DNA of 64,000 nucleotides from Thermoplasmata archaeon (GTDB taxonomy: Archaea; Thermoplasmatota; Penumbrarchaeia; JAEHCK01), in contig JAEHCK010000003.1 of NCBI GenBank assembly GCA_020696345.1, positions 10,270 to 74,269 of the forward strand. The letters are read 5' to 3'. Both the position numbers and the translations under genes were made by a program. The first letter of the stretch is position 1, and every line of letters starts with the position of its first letter. The notes beneath the pieces are model-generated. The model did not search any database, was not told the DNA's origin, and saw only the letters and a list, made by a program, of their open reading frames with translations. Positions 30,901-38,684 of the stretch are shown in pieces.

Positions 30901-31581
30901 AGTATATTGGATACGCTGTTTCCCGGGATGGCTACGAATGCTCAATATGGCATTTTAGGAGGAATCGTATTATTGATCCTCATAATTTTATTATTGGTTG
31001 TTCGCAGCAAAAAGAAACGAACGCGATCGGAAAAAGATGAAGAGATCTTCAAAGCTACAGAAGAAGAGCGTATCGAGAAAGAGAAACTCAAAACCGAGGA
31101 AGAAGAGAAGAAATTGGAAATGGTATCCAAACAGCCGGTTCGATGCCCCACATGCAAGGAATATTCGGTGATCGAGGATGATGGCACGCGACCGTTGATG
31201 ATCGAGTGTGTGCACTGCGGCGCCAAGGGCTTTATCAGCCTGAAATCAAAGGGCTTGGGCGCACCAAAACTGCCCAAGGATGAAGAAGAAGAGAAACCGA
31301 TCATACGGTGCCCCAAGTGCGACGAGATGTTCACGGTGGACGATGAGGGTGGGGCGATCGAGTGCCCGAACTGCGGTGCAAAGGGTCAACTGAACGAGAA
31401 AACCTTGGAAGAATTAAAAAAGAAACAAAAAAAGGAGAAAGCAAAGCCATCTCCATCAAGGTTTATATCGACACAACCAAAGAAAAATATCAAATGCCCG
31501 AGCTGTAGTAATCAATTCTCTATACCGGCAGATGCAAAAAAGATAGAATGTCCGAGTTGTGGGGTAACAGGTAGTTTGTAG
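24994..31581 (+). CDS. Giant surface protein (2195 aa): DxDxDG repeat modules, PKD domains, Ig-like domains, TM helix, three cytoplasmic Zn ribbons
   Basis: LDGSGSSDPDG, YAWDFGDG and FTWDFGD PKD motifs; W.Y.WDT Ig repeats; CPTC/CVHC, CPKC/CPNC, CPSC/CPSC; TTG start with AGGAGG SD. Confidence 0.88.
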   Translation: MTFYGPIFLSSSYKFRSRKNNRVRRKLSSSLVIILLFFSMITLVLPSSNVAAQRDGFEYFVPVPYIQRIDDDMDGYFETARIHYDVDTNVAYAEIKVVCSVYDDETDQLVKEISETYTIFWRVEVTDTYIDYKTSYSGTFNFTLAVYDVIHNKKENGGNDYPVENTTLKVNPYGYRIVPDAIGYDADADGYNDDVKIIVRDSYNYTLQDVEIYIDGEYKGKTAQDGTFLKFNYPRGVHEVDAFYHGEHGNTDFKSEGTGQELSIYADADPFDDDGDGYIDDVLIRAYAYNFYPLPNAQVYIDYYYYGTTNQDGLLYAYNFERGFHYVDIYMRNFWTSTTFYAEGLNQSNVQEYFAWVEASVVSLDNGNLANDIDIYLDVDVEGGKTSNVTVNATLFYENRTVAAESSTNYTAIGYEIEDEHIYFHNVTANLTYNLRCELFDDFGNLEDVWYIWDIVIQISYGMVNVDKFVFDLDDDNHLNDVIFWAHIKDEGYTDANIKVYWESNSTMAHNVNTSLERGYAVIENMQYSNYTWVAYDGDSIEIDNGTFRLYDRNPLRTVQIRVQLHDADRDNFYDDFSIRAYDERDVPDNTVSVMIIDAKNNQTVALGFTSAQTPGGPGRFMVEDLQEGYYRFTATILFGTSESYIISTGWFYSYGNSTESTHNLNAFAVGLDLDSDGYKNDVEITITDRNGQPVMNAIVYFDNDYQNSKTTDQNGITYRTNFTFGWHDVNVVFLGISSSVPTGAQAHTRFFSEGLNYDEYFFWVNFRTINLDNDDHWNDLEIFMDVDVDEDVTVEVSVEVEIHYSSNDTLFAQEMIEFEIFSAVGESNYVFINNLTYNEYFHANLTLKDKDGNIEDYWNKSKILVIPITPLVNIDVFLDQYNDQSVTTNFLSFNAHILDMGIENITIRIYYLSNDTEVAEVTTNIYGDAWVGQQLEDGDYYYIATNSTNHTAEYGEINIGNHSASIYELLRDWDNDNFHDDFSYTGKYYNVTPIGIIQEHINITISIYDLQDNLLDQGNTETVWHFYSYNYTEGYYKFIATYESQRVTNGTFYSYGNGFSNRAPTAIISKPVNNSEWLTTEYINFDGSTSSDPDLDVIDFYWTSNISGPLAYKATSTQKLPEGIHKITLFVDDDHGHNVTDSVTIRVNSPVINVTNQLPTANAGPDQDNVPVNTKVTLDGSGSSDPDGYITEYNWTFVSGPSTPALNDSTYVKPTFTPTTIGTYKWELGVKDNNSEWSVTEDEVIIEVIENQLPIVNISLPIDMAKFNTTDTIFFESNGTYDPDDDTNGNGTIDGSEIDNLTYSWIAAQGNATPVEISTKAYFNISDVNTLLGTGAFIINLTILDTLGANAGTEIEINISNVPPVANITTPEEGEVFNKFTPIYLDGTASEDADNDTTQLYYYWLVEKDGVTKFTFANTSNPVIQEGLEEGDYTITLWVDDSVETDLDLFDRVHNVSTIVNISVENRAPVPKFSMYYPDDAYPNTINLGELAFFNASKSSDPDGERDEANFTYAWDFGDGMTGSGMVVNNSYSGDGEFDVPLTYVVNLTIKDSGSVHNKTAWTNLTIRINRIPEARAGDDIDDASAGEDILLDGSGSYDEDGDILDYQWTFDEENSDKDTIWSTSPYTNVTFDDAGDYIVILNVSDGLGWALQSITITVTKANSAPICVAGGDIKDVEIDEAIFFSGINCSDLDTGDVLTFTWDFGDDSLTKEGINVTHIYSENGEYTVTLNVTDDHGAWANDTLIVTVRPPPAVIELPYDGETLEKIVYITGTTGGNDIDAVEVRIGKYVTENKNSFVAGPWRMATPIDIDDWSEWSFEWDTTKDDDAEYIISVRVTTTYGSTSQMTEIDVIVANGPETTELKVTITNPGNSQTVKKTVTISGTTEGDNIVKVEVQIGNDQWELANNDGGDWSAWSYDWDTTKEIDNRNYQITVQVTDGDGNYKTEIITVKVLNAAATEPDEDEEAESILDTLFPGMATNAQYGILGGIVLLILIILLLVVRSKKKRTRSEKDEEIFKATEEERIEKEKLKTEEEEKKLEMVSKQPVRCPTCKEYSVIEDDGTRPLMIECVHCGAKGFISLKSKGLGAPKLPKDEEEEKPIIRCPKCDEMFTVDDEGGAIECPNCGAKGQLNEKTLEELKKKQKKEKAKPSPSRFISTQPKKNIKCPSCSNQFSIPADAKKIECPSCGVTGSL

Positions 31582-31598
31582 AGTTATTGCTGGGTAAA

Positions 31599-31646
31599 AA
31601 TCCAAGTACCAAGCTCCAATAACCAAATAAATCCCAAGTTCCAAAT
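31599..31646. repeat. Heptamer-period element (TTGGAACTTGG...TTATTTGG family, on - strand)
   Basis: Reverse complement is nearly identical to 52116-52152 and similar to 51061-51115. Confidence 0.75.
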
Positions 31647-31654
31647 AAAAAATA

Positions 31655-31775
31655 AATATAAAGATTTTCTTTTGCCATATGTAGCATTGAATTGCTTTCT
31701 TAGCTCTTTTTCGAACATGATCATACGCTTATCCAGCTCTACCTTATCATCGGCTTCCACGGTGAGCCTGGTCAC
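31655..31775 (-). pseudogene. Possible short gene remnant, resembling a phosphohexomutase C-terminus (RLTVEAD...)
   Basis: Locally GC-richer patch translating TRLTVEADDKVELDKRMIMFEKELRK; no upstream body; the frame runs into the heptamer repeat. Confidence 0.3.
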
Positions 31776-31823
31776 CAGGGAACTTAAACATACAAATATG
31801 AATCGGATAAGTTAGATCAATTA

Positions 31824-33077
31824 TTATCGTCCATATACTCTCCTCAAATTTTTATCCTCTACAGGAAACTCTTCATAAACTCTATAAATCGCCTCAAGAG
31901 TTTTTATAGAATGCTCAAAACTAGTTCTTGGATGTATGTTTTCTTCAATTGCAATGTAAAAATCTTTGAGAATGTTCACATATTCATATTGCGAAGCTCC
32001 ACAATGCCATTCAATGGTTTTACCATCATCTTTATATTCAATTACCGTACCTTCAATAAAATCTATTGTCAAAACCGTTGAATTAACGGTTTTACCACTC
32101 TCATCCCTGTTTTCAAAAGTCACCTCAACTTTTTTGTTATCTTCTTTTGGTAATTTATCGGATTTGTTAATAAATTTTGCGAAAGTAAATTCTCCTTCTG
32201 TATTCTCCCAAAATAAATTACCACTAATTTCAAATTTAGTTTTTACATAAGTTTCAACATCATAGCGTTTGCATTTTTTATGTCCTGGGTATATATCATA
32301 TTCCGCACTTAAAATTTTACCGATTTCACCTTCTATGTTGGTTATTATACCGAATAAATGTACACCCATATCAAGAAGAAGGCCCGTTCTATTTTTTCTG
32401 CATAATAGATCCCTGGTTCTTTGTTTTTCTGGATCATCTTTTTCATACGTATATCCTTTTATCCCAGATATCTTGCCATAGATTTTTGCTGTCTTTTCTA
32501 TGTTTTCATAAAAAGCCATGGATGCTTTTTTAGCAGAATAATGCTCGGCATCCATCATAATACACTTAGATTTGTGATCCTTGACAAGTTCTTTGAGTTT
32601 TTTAAGATATGTTTCGTTACCTTCGTCAGCTTTGTGATTCTCATCGGTAACAGTAACTAATGGTTTTTCGCATAAGACATGTTTATTATTTTTTAATAAC
32701 AATTCAATATAATCTAAGTGAGTTGTGTTTGAAGTATGAATAACTGCAGCATCATAACCCTCTTTGGGTATTTTTCCATTTATAACTGAATAATAATCTA
32801 TTTTTTTGCTCTCCAAATCCTCTTTAAGTCGTTTTGCGCTTTCTATTTCTGCATTTGTATTCTCCTCTCTCCATTTTTTCCCTTTTTCTAAAGCTATTTC
32901 TCTCTTTCCTATTTCACTAGATAATTTATCTATTACATCTGTTTTTATTGGTTCTAGACCACAAATTCCAACTAAATCGAAATACTCAGAAAGTCCATAT
33001 TTAAAAATAGCCGGAAAGAATTTTGCAAGTGCCCACTCTGAGATACACCCAATTTGAAGTAGGTTTATTTTTTTCAT
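31824..33077 (-). CDS. Gfo/Idh/MocA family oxidoreductase (divergent)
   Basis: HVLCEKPL, GLLLDMGVH, 'HTSNTTHLDY'; gene visibly more AT-rich than its neighbours. Confidence 0.8.
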   Translation of the reverse strand: MKKINLLQIGCISEWALAKFFPAIFKYGLSEYFDLVGICGLEPIKTDVIDKLSSEIGKREIALEKGKKWREENTNAEIESAKRLKEDLESKKIDYYSVINGKIPKEGYDAAVIHTSNTTHLDYIELLLKNNKHVLCEKPLVTVTDENHKADEGNETYLKKLKELVKDHKSKCIMMDAEHYSAKKASMAFYENIEKTAKIYGKISGIKGYTYEKDDPEKQRTRDLLCRKNRTGLLLDMGVHLFGIITNIEGEIGKILSAEYDIYPGHKKCKRYDVETYVKTKFEISGNLFWENTEGEFTFAKFINKSDKLPKEDNKKVEVTFENRDESGKTVNSTVLTIDFIEGTVIEYKDDGKTIEWHCGASQYEYVNILKDFYIAIEENIHPRTSFEHSIKTLEAIYRVYEEFPVEDKNLRRVYGR

Positions 33078-33365
33078 TTTGAAGCCTCAAAGTTTTATCT
33101 TCATTTGAATACCCCGTAACTTGGTGCGATTGGGAGCTACATTTATGATAATGTGATACCCCTAAAAATATTTTTTCTAATAAATCAGGCGATAAAACGA
33201 CCTTTGGTTTTAACAATTCAAAGAGGTGCAAAGATCGAGGAAAAAAGATGATTTAATTGTTATACGAACATATTTTACAAACAACTCTTGACCTTCAACC
33301 CCCATTCTTCCATCCTTCAATTATTTACTTAATTTTAAATATCTTCTTGCATTTAACATGCCTCA

Positions 33366-34472
33366 ATGCACCCTTCAATTATTCGTATCGGAACCTCAAA
33401 CATACGCACGGGCAAAGACGGTTATACCTGGGGAAGACCGGCCAAAGATTCACACATACTTCGGTTATTAGATATTAAGCCTGAGGACATTGATATAGCT
33501 GAAGACGAGCCTGTAGGTGAACTTTGGCTTGCCTCGGATGATAAGACCTATCCTTCATTAGTACACTTAGATGGCGGCTCAACCATTACCCTTACCGAAC
33601 TTCTTGTAAAAGATGGAAGATCCATCCTAGGAGAAAAACATTTTTCACTCTACGGGCCGCATATTGCTACAATAATGAAATTGATCGATGCTGGCCAACC
33701 ATTATCCGTTCAAGTTCACCCGGCCATGGGCCATCCTTCACGGCCGGCAAAACCGGAGATGTGGATGATCGTAAGGTCAGGTGCACGATTTTATATTGGT
33801 TTTAACCGGGATATTTCTATCGAGATGTTAAAAAAAGCATATGAGGATGGTACTCTTGAAGGTCTACTGTATCAATTAGAAGCCGGACCTGAAGAGCTTT
33901 TTATTGTGAGTGGTGGATTGATCCATGCTTTGAGAGCAGAAACAACACTCTGGGAATGGTCACATGCTCTTACTGGCAAGGAACTCGAACGAGGCGACCT
34001 CAAGGGCGCCACCGTTGCTCTGTGGGATAGAACGGACGGTAAGGAGCCGCGGCCCGACAAAGAAGATCTGGAGGGAACTATAGAGGTATTGGACGATGCC
34101 GCCGAAAGAGCACGAATACCCGTGTATAATAAAGTAGTATTAGATAAAATACGAAGCCAGAGAAACACTATTTATTCGGATCTGAGGAAAAACAAAATTG
34201 ATAGACTCTTCACCACTGATGAGGTCATTGTAGATGAGATCATTTTAGATAATACGTTGCCGCAAGATACCGACGATCACGGCTATCCTATTTTTATATT
34301 GGAGGGCACTGTAGAGATCCAGGCACCGGATGGTGCAATGCTTGATAAATTAACCACAAACGATTGTGCAATAATTCCCGCCTATTTGGGTAAACATACG
34401 CTCGTTAACAGATCCACCGAACCATCCAAGATCATCAGATGGTATGCACCGATCGATAAGATGTTTTGCTAG
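33366..34472 (+). CDS. Mannose-6-phosphate isomerase, class I (cupin)
   Basis: WG, PVGELW, KLIDAGQPLSVQVHP, KPEMW, GGLIHAL metal-binding motifs. Confidence 0.85.
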   Translation: MHPSIIRIGTSNIRTGKDGYTWGRPAKDSHILRLLDIKPEDIDIAEDEPVGELWLASDDKTYPSLVHLDGGSTITLTELLVKDGRSILGEKHFSLYGPHIATIMKLIDAGQPLSVQVHPAMGHPSRPAKPEMWMIVRSGARFYIGFNRDISIEMLKKAYEDGTLEGLLYQLEAGPEELFIVSGGLIHALRAETTLWEWSHALTGKELERGDLKGATVALWDRTDGKEPRPDKEDLEGTIEVLDDAAERARIPVYNKVVLDKIRSQRNTIYSDLRKNKIDRLFTTDEVIVDEIILDNTLPQDTDDHGYPIFILEGTVEIQAPDGAMLDKLTTNDCAIIPAYLGKHTLVNRSTEPSKIIRWYAPIDKMFC

Positions 34473-34546
34473 GGTCAACCCCGACTACCGCAACAACAAC
34501 CTCGGCTTGCGCCTCGTGAGGTTATTATAATGTTACCACTTACAAC

Positions 34547-34627
34547 TTTACAACAACGAATCGAACGAATTAACGAATAGACGAATATCATCTGTTTATT
34601 CGAACATTCGTGCCATTCGTTGTAAAA
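34547..34627. repeat. ACGAAT/ATTCG periodic hairpin upstream of the GxxExxY gene
   Basis: Four ACGAAT units followed by three ATTCG units ending ATTCGTTGTAAAA. Confidence 0.8.
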
Positions 34628-34637
34628 CGTGATAAAA

Positions 34638-35036
34638 ATGGATGACGAGAAGATATTATATAAAGACTTATCGTATAAAATCATGAATTCTGCTTTCGAA
34701 GTCCAAAATATTTTAAGCTCTGGTTTAACAGAAAATATATATGAAGAGGCACTATGTCATGAATTTGATTTACAAGAAATAAAGTATAGAAGACAAGTCC
34801 CAGTAGATATCTTTTATAAAAACAAGCAAATAGGAAGATATGTAATTGATTTGGTTATTGAAAATAAAATTGTGTTAGAATTAAAATCGGTTTCAGCGTT
34901 GCATGAAAGTCACGAAGCTCAAATAATATCCTATATAAAGGCTACAAAATTAAAATTGGGAATCTTGATCAATTTTGGACAAGCTAAGGTTGAATATAAA
35001 AGGATATTAAATTCAGATCTAGTAGACCTACCCTAA
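34638..35036 (+). CDS. GxxExxY protein (PD-(D/E)XK nuclease-like family)
   Basis: GLTENIY motif, IDLVIENKIVLELKSV, QIISY, GILINFG; start at ATG 34638 after GTGA. Confidence 0.92.
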   Translation: MDDEKILYKDLSYKIMNSAFEVQNILSSGLTENIYEEALCHEFDLQEIKYRRQVPVDIFYKNKQIGRYVIDLVIENKIVLELKSVSALHESHEAQIISYIKATKLKLGILINFGQAKVEYKRILNSDLVDLP

Positions 35037-35043
35037 AAATCTC

Positions 35044-35153
35044 ATTCGTGTATTCGAACATTCGAATTATTCGTTGTAAAAAATATTAAAAGAGTGGTCT
35101 TATATTGACTTCCTATTCCTCACCCATATAACGAATCAACGAATGGACGAATA
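35044..35153. repeat. ATTCG/ACGAAT periodic repeats downstream of the GxxExxY gene
   Basis: 35051-35081 is a 27/31 direct repeat of 34597-34627; three ACGAAT units at ~35131-35152. Confidence 0.8.
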
Positions 35154-35261
35154 ATAATCATTTAGATATAATTAAATTGAATTTAAATCCTTTCAGGGAT
35201 ACTGGCCGTATCTAGCTGTATCCAAAAAATTTAATTTGTAGCTCCACATACGGCCACAACA

Positions 35262-38200
35262 ATGAAGCTTATTGATGTTTTAAACCTCCCCCTGGAGCTA
35301 GAGCCTGTCTTAGCCCAGTTAAAAGGCTTGGAAGAACTGGTTAATGGCGCTTTATCTAACTTAGAGGTAGTTGATTATACAATTGGCACTCAAAGCACAA
35401 CCGAGGACCTTAAAGCAATGATCGGCACTGAGAGTTTAAGTCTATTATCAACCGGTTATCTTGCCCAGAGATTGTTCAAGGCTGAACAGGATGTCAAGAC
35501 AATTTCTTACCTATATATGCTCTCATATTTCAGAAGCCTTCCACATGAAAAACGCCACCAGGCAAAAGGCGAACTGAATGAATTAACCAGCGGCAACGAA
35601 AGCCATTTGGGAGATAAACTATTCATGGAGATAAACCTGGACCTGGATGATGTCATCAATAACAAAGATCTGAAGGCTCTAATAATTCTAAGGGACCAGG
35701 TAGTAAGCCGCACAAGAGCCTTACGTATCGCCTTTGAGACCTCTGGTCTTAATATGAACGATCTGGAATTAATTACACGGAACCCTAAGTTACTGCACAC
35801 TGTGCTGGGCTTGCGTACCGCAGCGGCTATAGAGAACAACTACACCAACAATGAACTTTCACGACTGAAAACACTACTCAATGTCTTTGACCATGTTGAA
35901 GGGGCGGCAATAAATTTAACACATTTGGCAGATGGTCAGATCTATATTTACGACGAATACCTCGTTAAACTAATTGTATTTGATCAGAATAACCATAAAA
36001 AATCCTCACTTTCTTTACATAATGAGGGGGTTGAACATTTGATCGGCCTCGATATGGCCAAACGTTCAGGCGAACTCTATCATCTGACCGAGGCATCATG
36101 CATAATTAACGATAGATCTTTGAACCTGTTGATCAAGTCCATTGCAGGACCATTATTGACCGATCGTAAAGATGATCGATTTACCAGTTGGGATAGTGAG
36201 AGATATATCTGGCGATCAGCAGGTTTGGGCAGTCGTTTCTATGAGCTAGAACGTCCCAATGTTGATGTCGTTGCCATGGCAACCATCGACCGTGAAGTGG
36301 CAACCTACAACCAGATAGAAACCGAATTGGAAAACTGGCGGATCTTTAACCGCAGACCCATCTTCATGTTGATCGATGATTCAGGAGTAACGCGCGATGG
36401 AAAGCCCGATTCACCAAATCCGATCTTGGATGCTAATATTCGCAACCTGGAGCGTCTCCATAAAAAATTTGGAGACCGGTTCATTCATCTGACCTACGAA
36501 AACAGGGATAGCGACCAGGCTGCATGGGCAGAGGCCACATTTAATAGACTGGAGGCAAAGCTGAAGAACAACAATCTTGAACCCGTGCTAATGACGATAT
36601 TAAAGGAATACAGAGAGGGTAATATTCTCCTGAACGAAGATGGATGTTCAATCAATAAAACAGCATTTACAAAATATATATCCAGCAACATTTTTAGACA
36701 CATTTCCGGCGTTCGTAATTACACATTCTTAAAAGCACTGGGTTATCGCGTAATGAGCGAAGACGATGATGCACCGCCTGAAACCTATGTGGTCTTGCCA
36801 AAAGACCTGGAGCAGATCAGAAATAGACGTGAAACCGCCCGTAACAACGTGATGAAAGAACTATTTAGCGAATCATCAAAGATATTAGGAAAGCAGATAA
36901 CCTCAGAGGAACAGCTTTATCAATTCTGGGTAAATGAAACAAATCCTGAAAAACTCACCCAGCTAGATAAATTGGAGGATATTTATTTCGGGTATAGTAA
37001 GGATGGCGACTGCGGCCTTATTCCTCAGGCAGTAGAGCAGATACGTACCTATTCCAGCCACTATATGGATCCTCGGTATAAACGCACCCACCAGCGCTAT
37101 GAAGGCCTCAGCAGGCCGCAAGCTGGACATGATCAAGATGGCCGGATCATTTATGAGGACCTGCCGGAATATCTGATAACAATAAATGACTTCTATTATC
37201 GGCCTGGCCGCATAGAAAAGGATGATAACCAATGCTCGGTCTTTCCCGTAAATATCATCGGTAGCACGAGAGATCTGGGTAAAAAGGTAAAGGATACTAA
37301 TTTAATGGTATTCTCCAATAACCTGCGTCATACTGTTGCTATGCCGGCAGATGCAACTACGATTGAAGAAACCCAGGAAAAGATCATCGAATATATTGCC
37401 TTTCCATTTATTAATGACCATGACACCTCGGGCATGGCACAGTTCATCAGGTATCTATTAAGTAAAACCAAGTTCTGGTATGATCTGCAGCACACCCATC
37501 AATCTTCATTGATCGTTAATTCAGTGCGGGGTTATGTTACCTTTGGCTATGCAATATTCAACCGCTCTGCATTTCGCAATTTTATCCCGGGTGTATCTAT
37601 TGGACGCGAACTGCGCCTGGAAGAGCCGCCGTATATACCGTGGGTCAAGTCTCCGCTCTTTAAGGGCGAGCTGGTAGTCTCCTCTGGCAAGGTTGGAGGC
37701 GGTCAGCAGCGCCAGCCAAATGAACGCAACTATTGTATCAGTCAGCAAGATAACACAGAGGTACTGGGAACAACCGCGCGGCGCATATATGAAAAAGCAG
37801 TGGAAAACTACTATGAACATATTAATAAATTACCTGAAGACGATCTCCTTAAGCAAGAGGACAATCATTACGGCCGCTCTCTTCTTCTTGGTAATTATTA
37901 TATCGATGAAGCCAAGGCATTTAAGCTCAATGACTTGGAAATTGAACAGCTCAAGAGTGAGCGCAACTTCCGGAGTCAAATGGCCACTACCCTGGGTATT
38001 CAGATCGTTCAAATGGAGGAGAAGTTATTAAACGTTCAAAACACAGGTGAAGTATCAAATTCAGGAAAAGATGCATTACAACCTCAATTACAGGATATGT
38101 GCCTTATCTTGGTCCAGATGGCTGATGATTTTGATCTATATAATGCCCTGGACCGCAGGAAAAATGATTACTCGCCCAAAGACCCAACAAATGATTATTT

Positions 38201-38684
38201 CTATCGTTTAAGGATGCAAGGGGCCACCCTATTTTATAAAAAAGTAAGTCCACAACTCACAGTTGAAAATGTCAAGGGCATTATGATCGCCACTAAAGCC
38301 GGTTGGGTAGAACTGGAAGCCGAAAAGCAGTTGGAGCTGGATGAGACGAACCGTACATCGGTGAAGGATGAACTTTGTGATGCTATCCGTATCGAGATCG
38401 AACCCGGACGGTTCGTGTTTATGGAAAAAGATAGATTGCCAGAAGACGGACAAGAATTTTACGTCACTGCCGCCTCTCAAGATCATGAAAAAGATTTTAT
38501 TATCGGAGTAGAGAAACATATAATGGACTATGTTCAACACGATGGTGAGGCAATAGCTTTATGGGCAATACTTACCAATGAAGCCCAGAAGCTGGATTCT
38601 TCACACGAGATGGATGAGTTATTAGGAATAGAGGCCAATCGAGCGCCAAAGGAAGTTTATAGGGAGATTAAAAAAGATGGGTGA
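35262..38684 (+). CDS. 1140-aa hypothetical protein with an internal GT-A-fold glycosyltransferase-like region
   Basis: VVAMATIDR...FMLIDDS...SGVRNYTFLKALGYRVMSEDDD resembles GT-A/GT2-like motifs; overlaps the start of the downstream mutase by 8 nt. Confidence 0.6.
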   Translation: MKLIDVLNLPLELEPVLAQLKGLEELVNGALSNLEVVDYTIGTQSTTEDLKAMIGTESLSLLSTGYLAQRLFKAEQDVKTISYLYMLSYFRSLPHEKRHQAKGELNELTSGNESHLGDKLFMEINLDLDDVINNKDLKALIILRDQVVSRTRALRIAFETSGLNMNDLELITRNPKLLHTVLGLRTAAAIENNYTNNELSRLKTLLNVFDHVEGAAINLTHLADGQIYIYDEYLVKLIVFDQNNHKKSSLSLHNEGVEHLIGLDMAKRSGELYHLTEASCIINDRSLNLLIKSIAGPLLTDRKDDRFTSWDSERYIWRSAGLGSRFYELERPNVDVVAMATIDREVATYNQIETELENWRIFNRRPIFMLIDDSGVTRDGKPDSPNPILDANIRNLERLHKKFGDRFIHLTYENRDSDQAAWAEATFNRLEAKLKNNNLEPVLMTILKEYREGNILLNEDGCSINKTAFTKYISSNIFRHISGVRNYTFLKALGYRVMSEDDDAPPETYVVLPKDLEQIRNRRETARNNVMKELFSESSKILGKQITSEEQLYQFWVNETNPEKLTQLDKLEDIYFGYSKDGDCGLIPQAVEQIRTYSSHYMDPRYKRTHQRYEGLSRPQAGHDQDGRIIYEDLPEYLITINDFYYRPGRIEKDDNQCSVFPVNIIGSTRDLGKKVKDTNLMVFSNNLRHTVAMPADATTIEETQEKIIEYIAFPFINDHDTSGMAQFIRYLLSKTKFWYDLQHTHQSSLIVNSVRGYVTFGYAIFNRSAFRNFIPGVSIGRELRLEEPPYIPWVKSPLFKGELVVSSGKVGGGQQRQPNERNYCISQQDNTEVLGTTARRIYEKAVENYYEHINKLPEDDLLKQEDNHYGRSLLLGNYYIDEAKAFKLNDLEIEQLKSERNFRSQMATTLGIQIVQMEEKLLNVQNTGEVSNSGKDALQPQLQDMCLILVQMADDFDLYNALDRRKNDYSPKDPTNDYFYRLRMQGATLFYKKVSPQLTVENVKGIMIATKAGWVELEAEKQLELDETNRTSVKDELCDAIRIEIEPGRFVFMEKDRLPEDGQEFYVTAASQDHEKDFIIGVEKHIMDYVQHDGEAIALWAILTNEAQKLDSSHEMDELLGIEANRAPKEVYREIKKDG

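Noticed and set aside
31584..31775. 63-aa ORF as an intact membrane protein
   Set aside because: Its hydrophobic tail (IWNLGFIWLLELGTWIF) is simply the heptamer repeat translated; only the 5' part may be a gene remnant.
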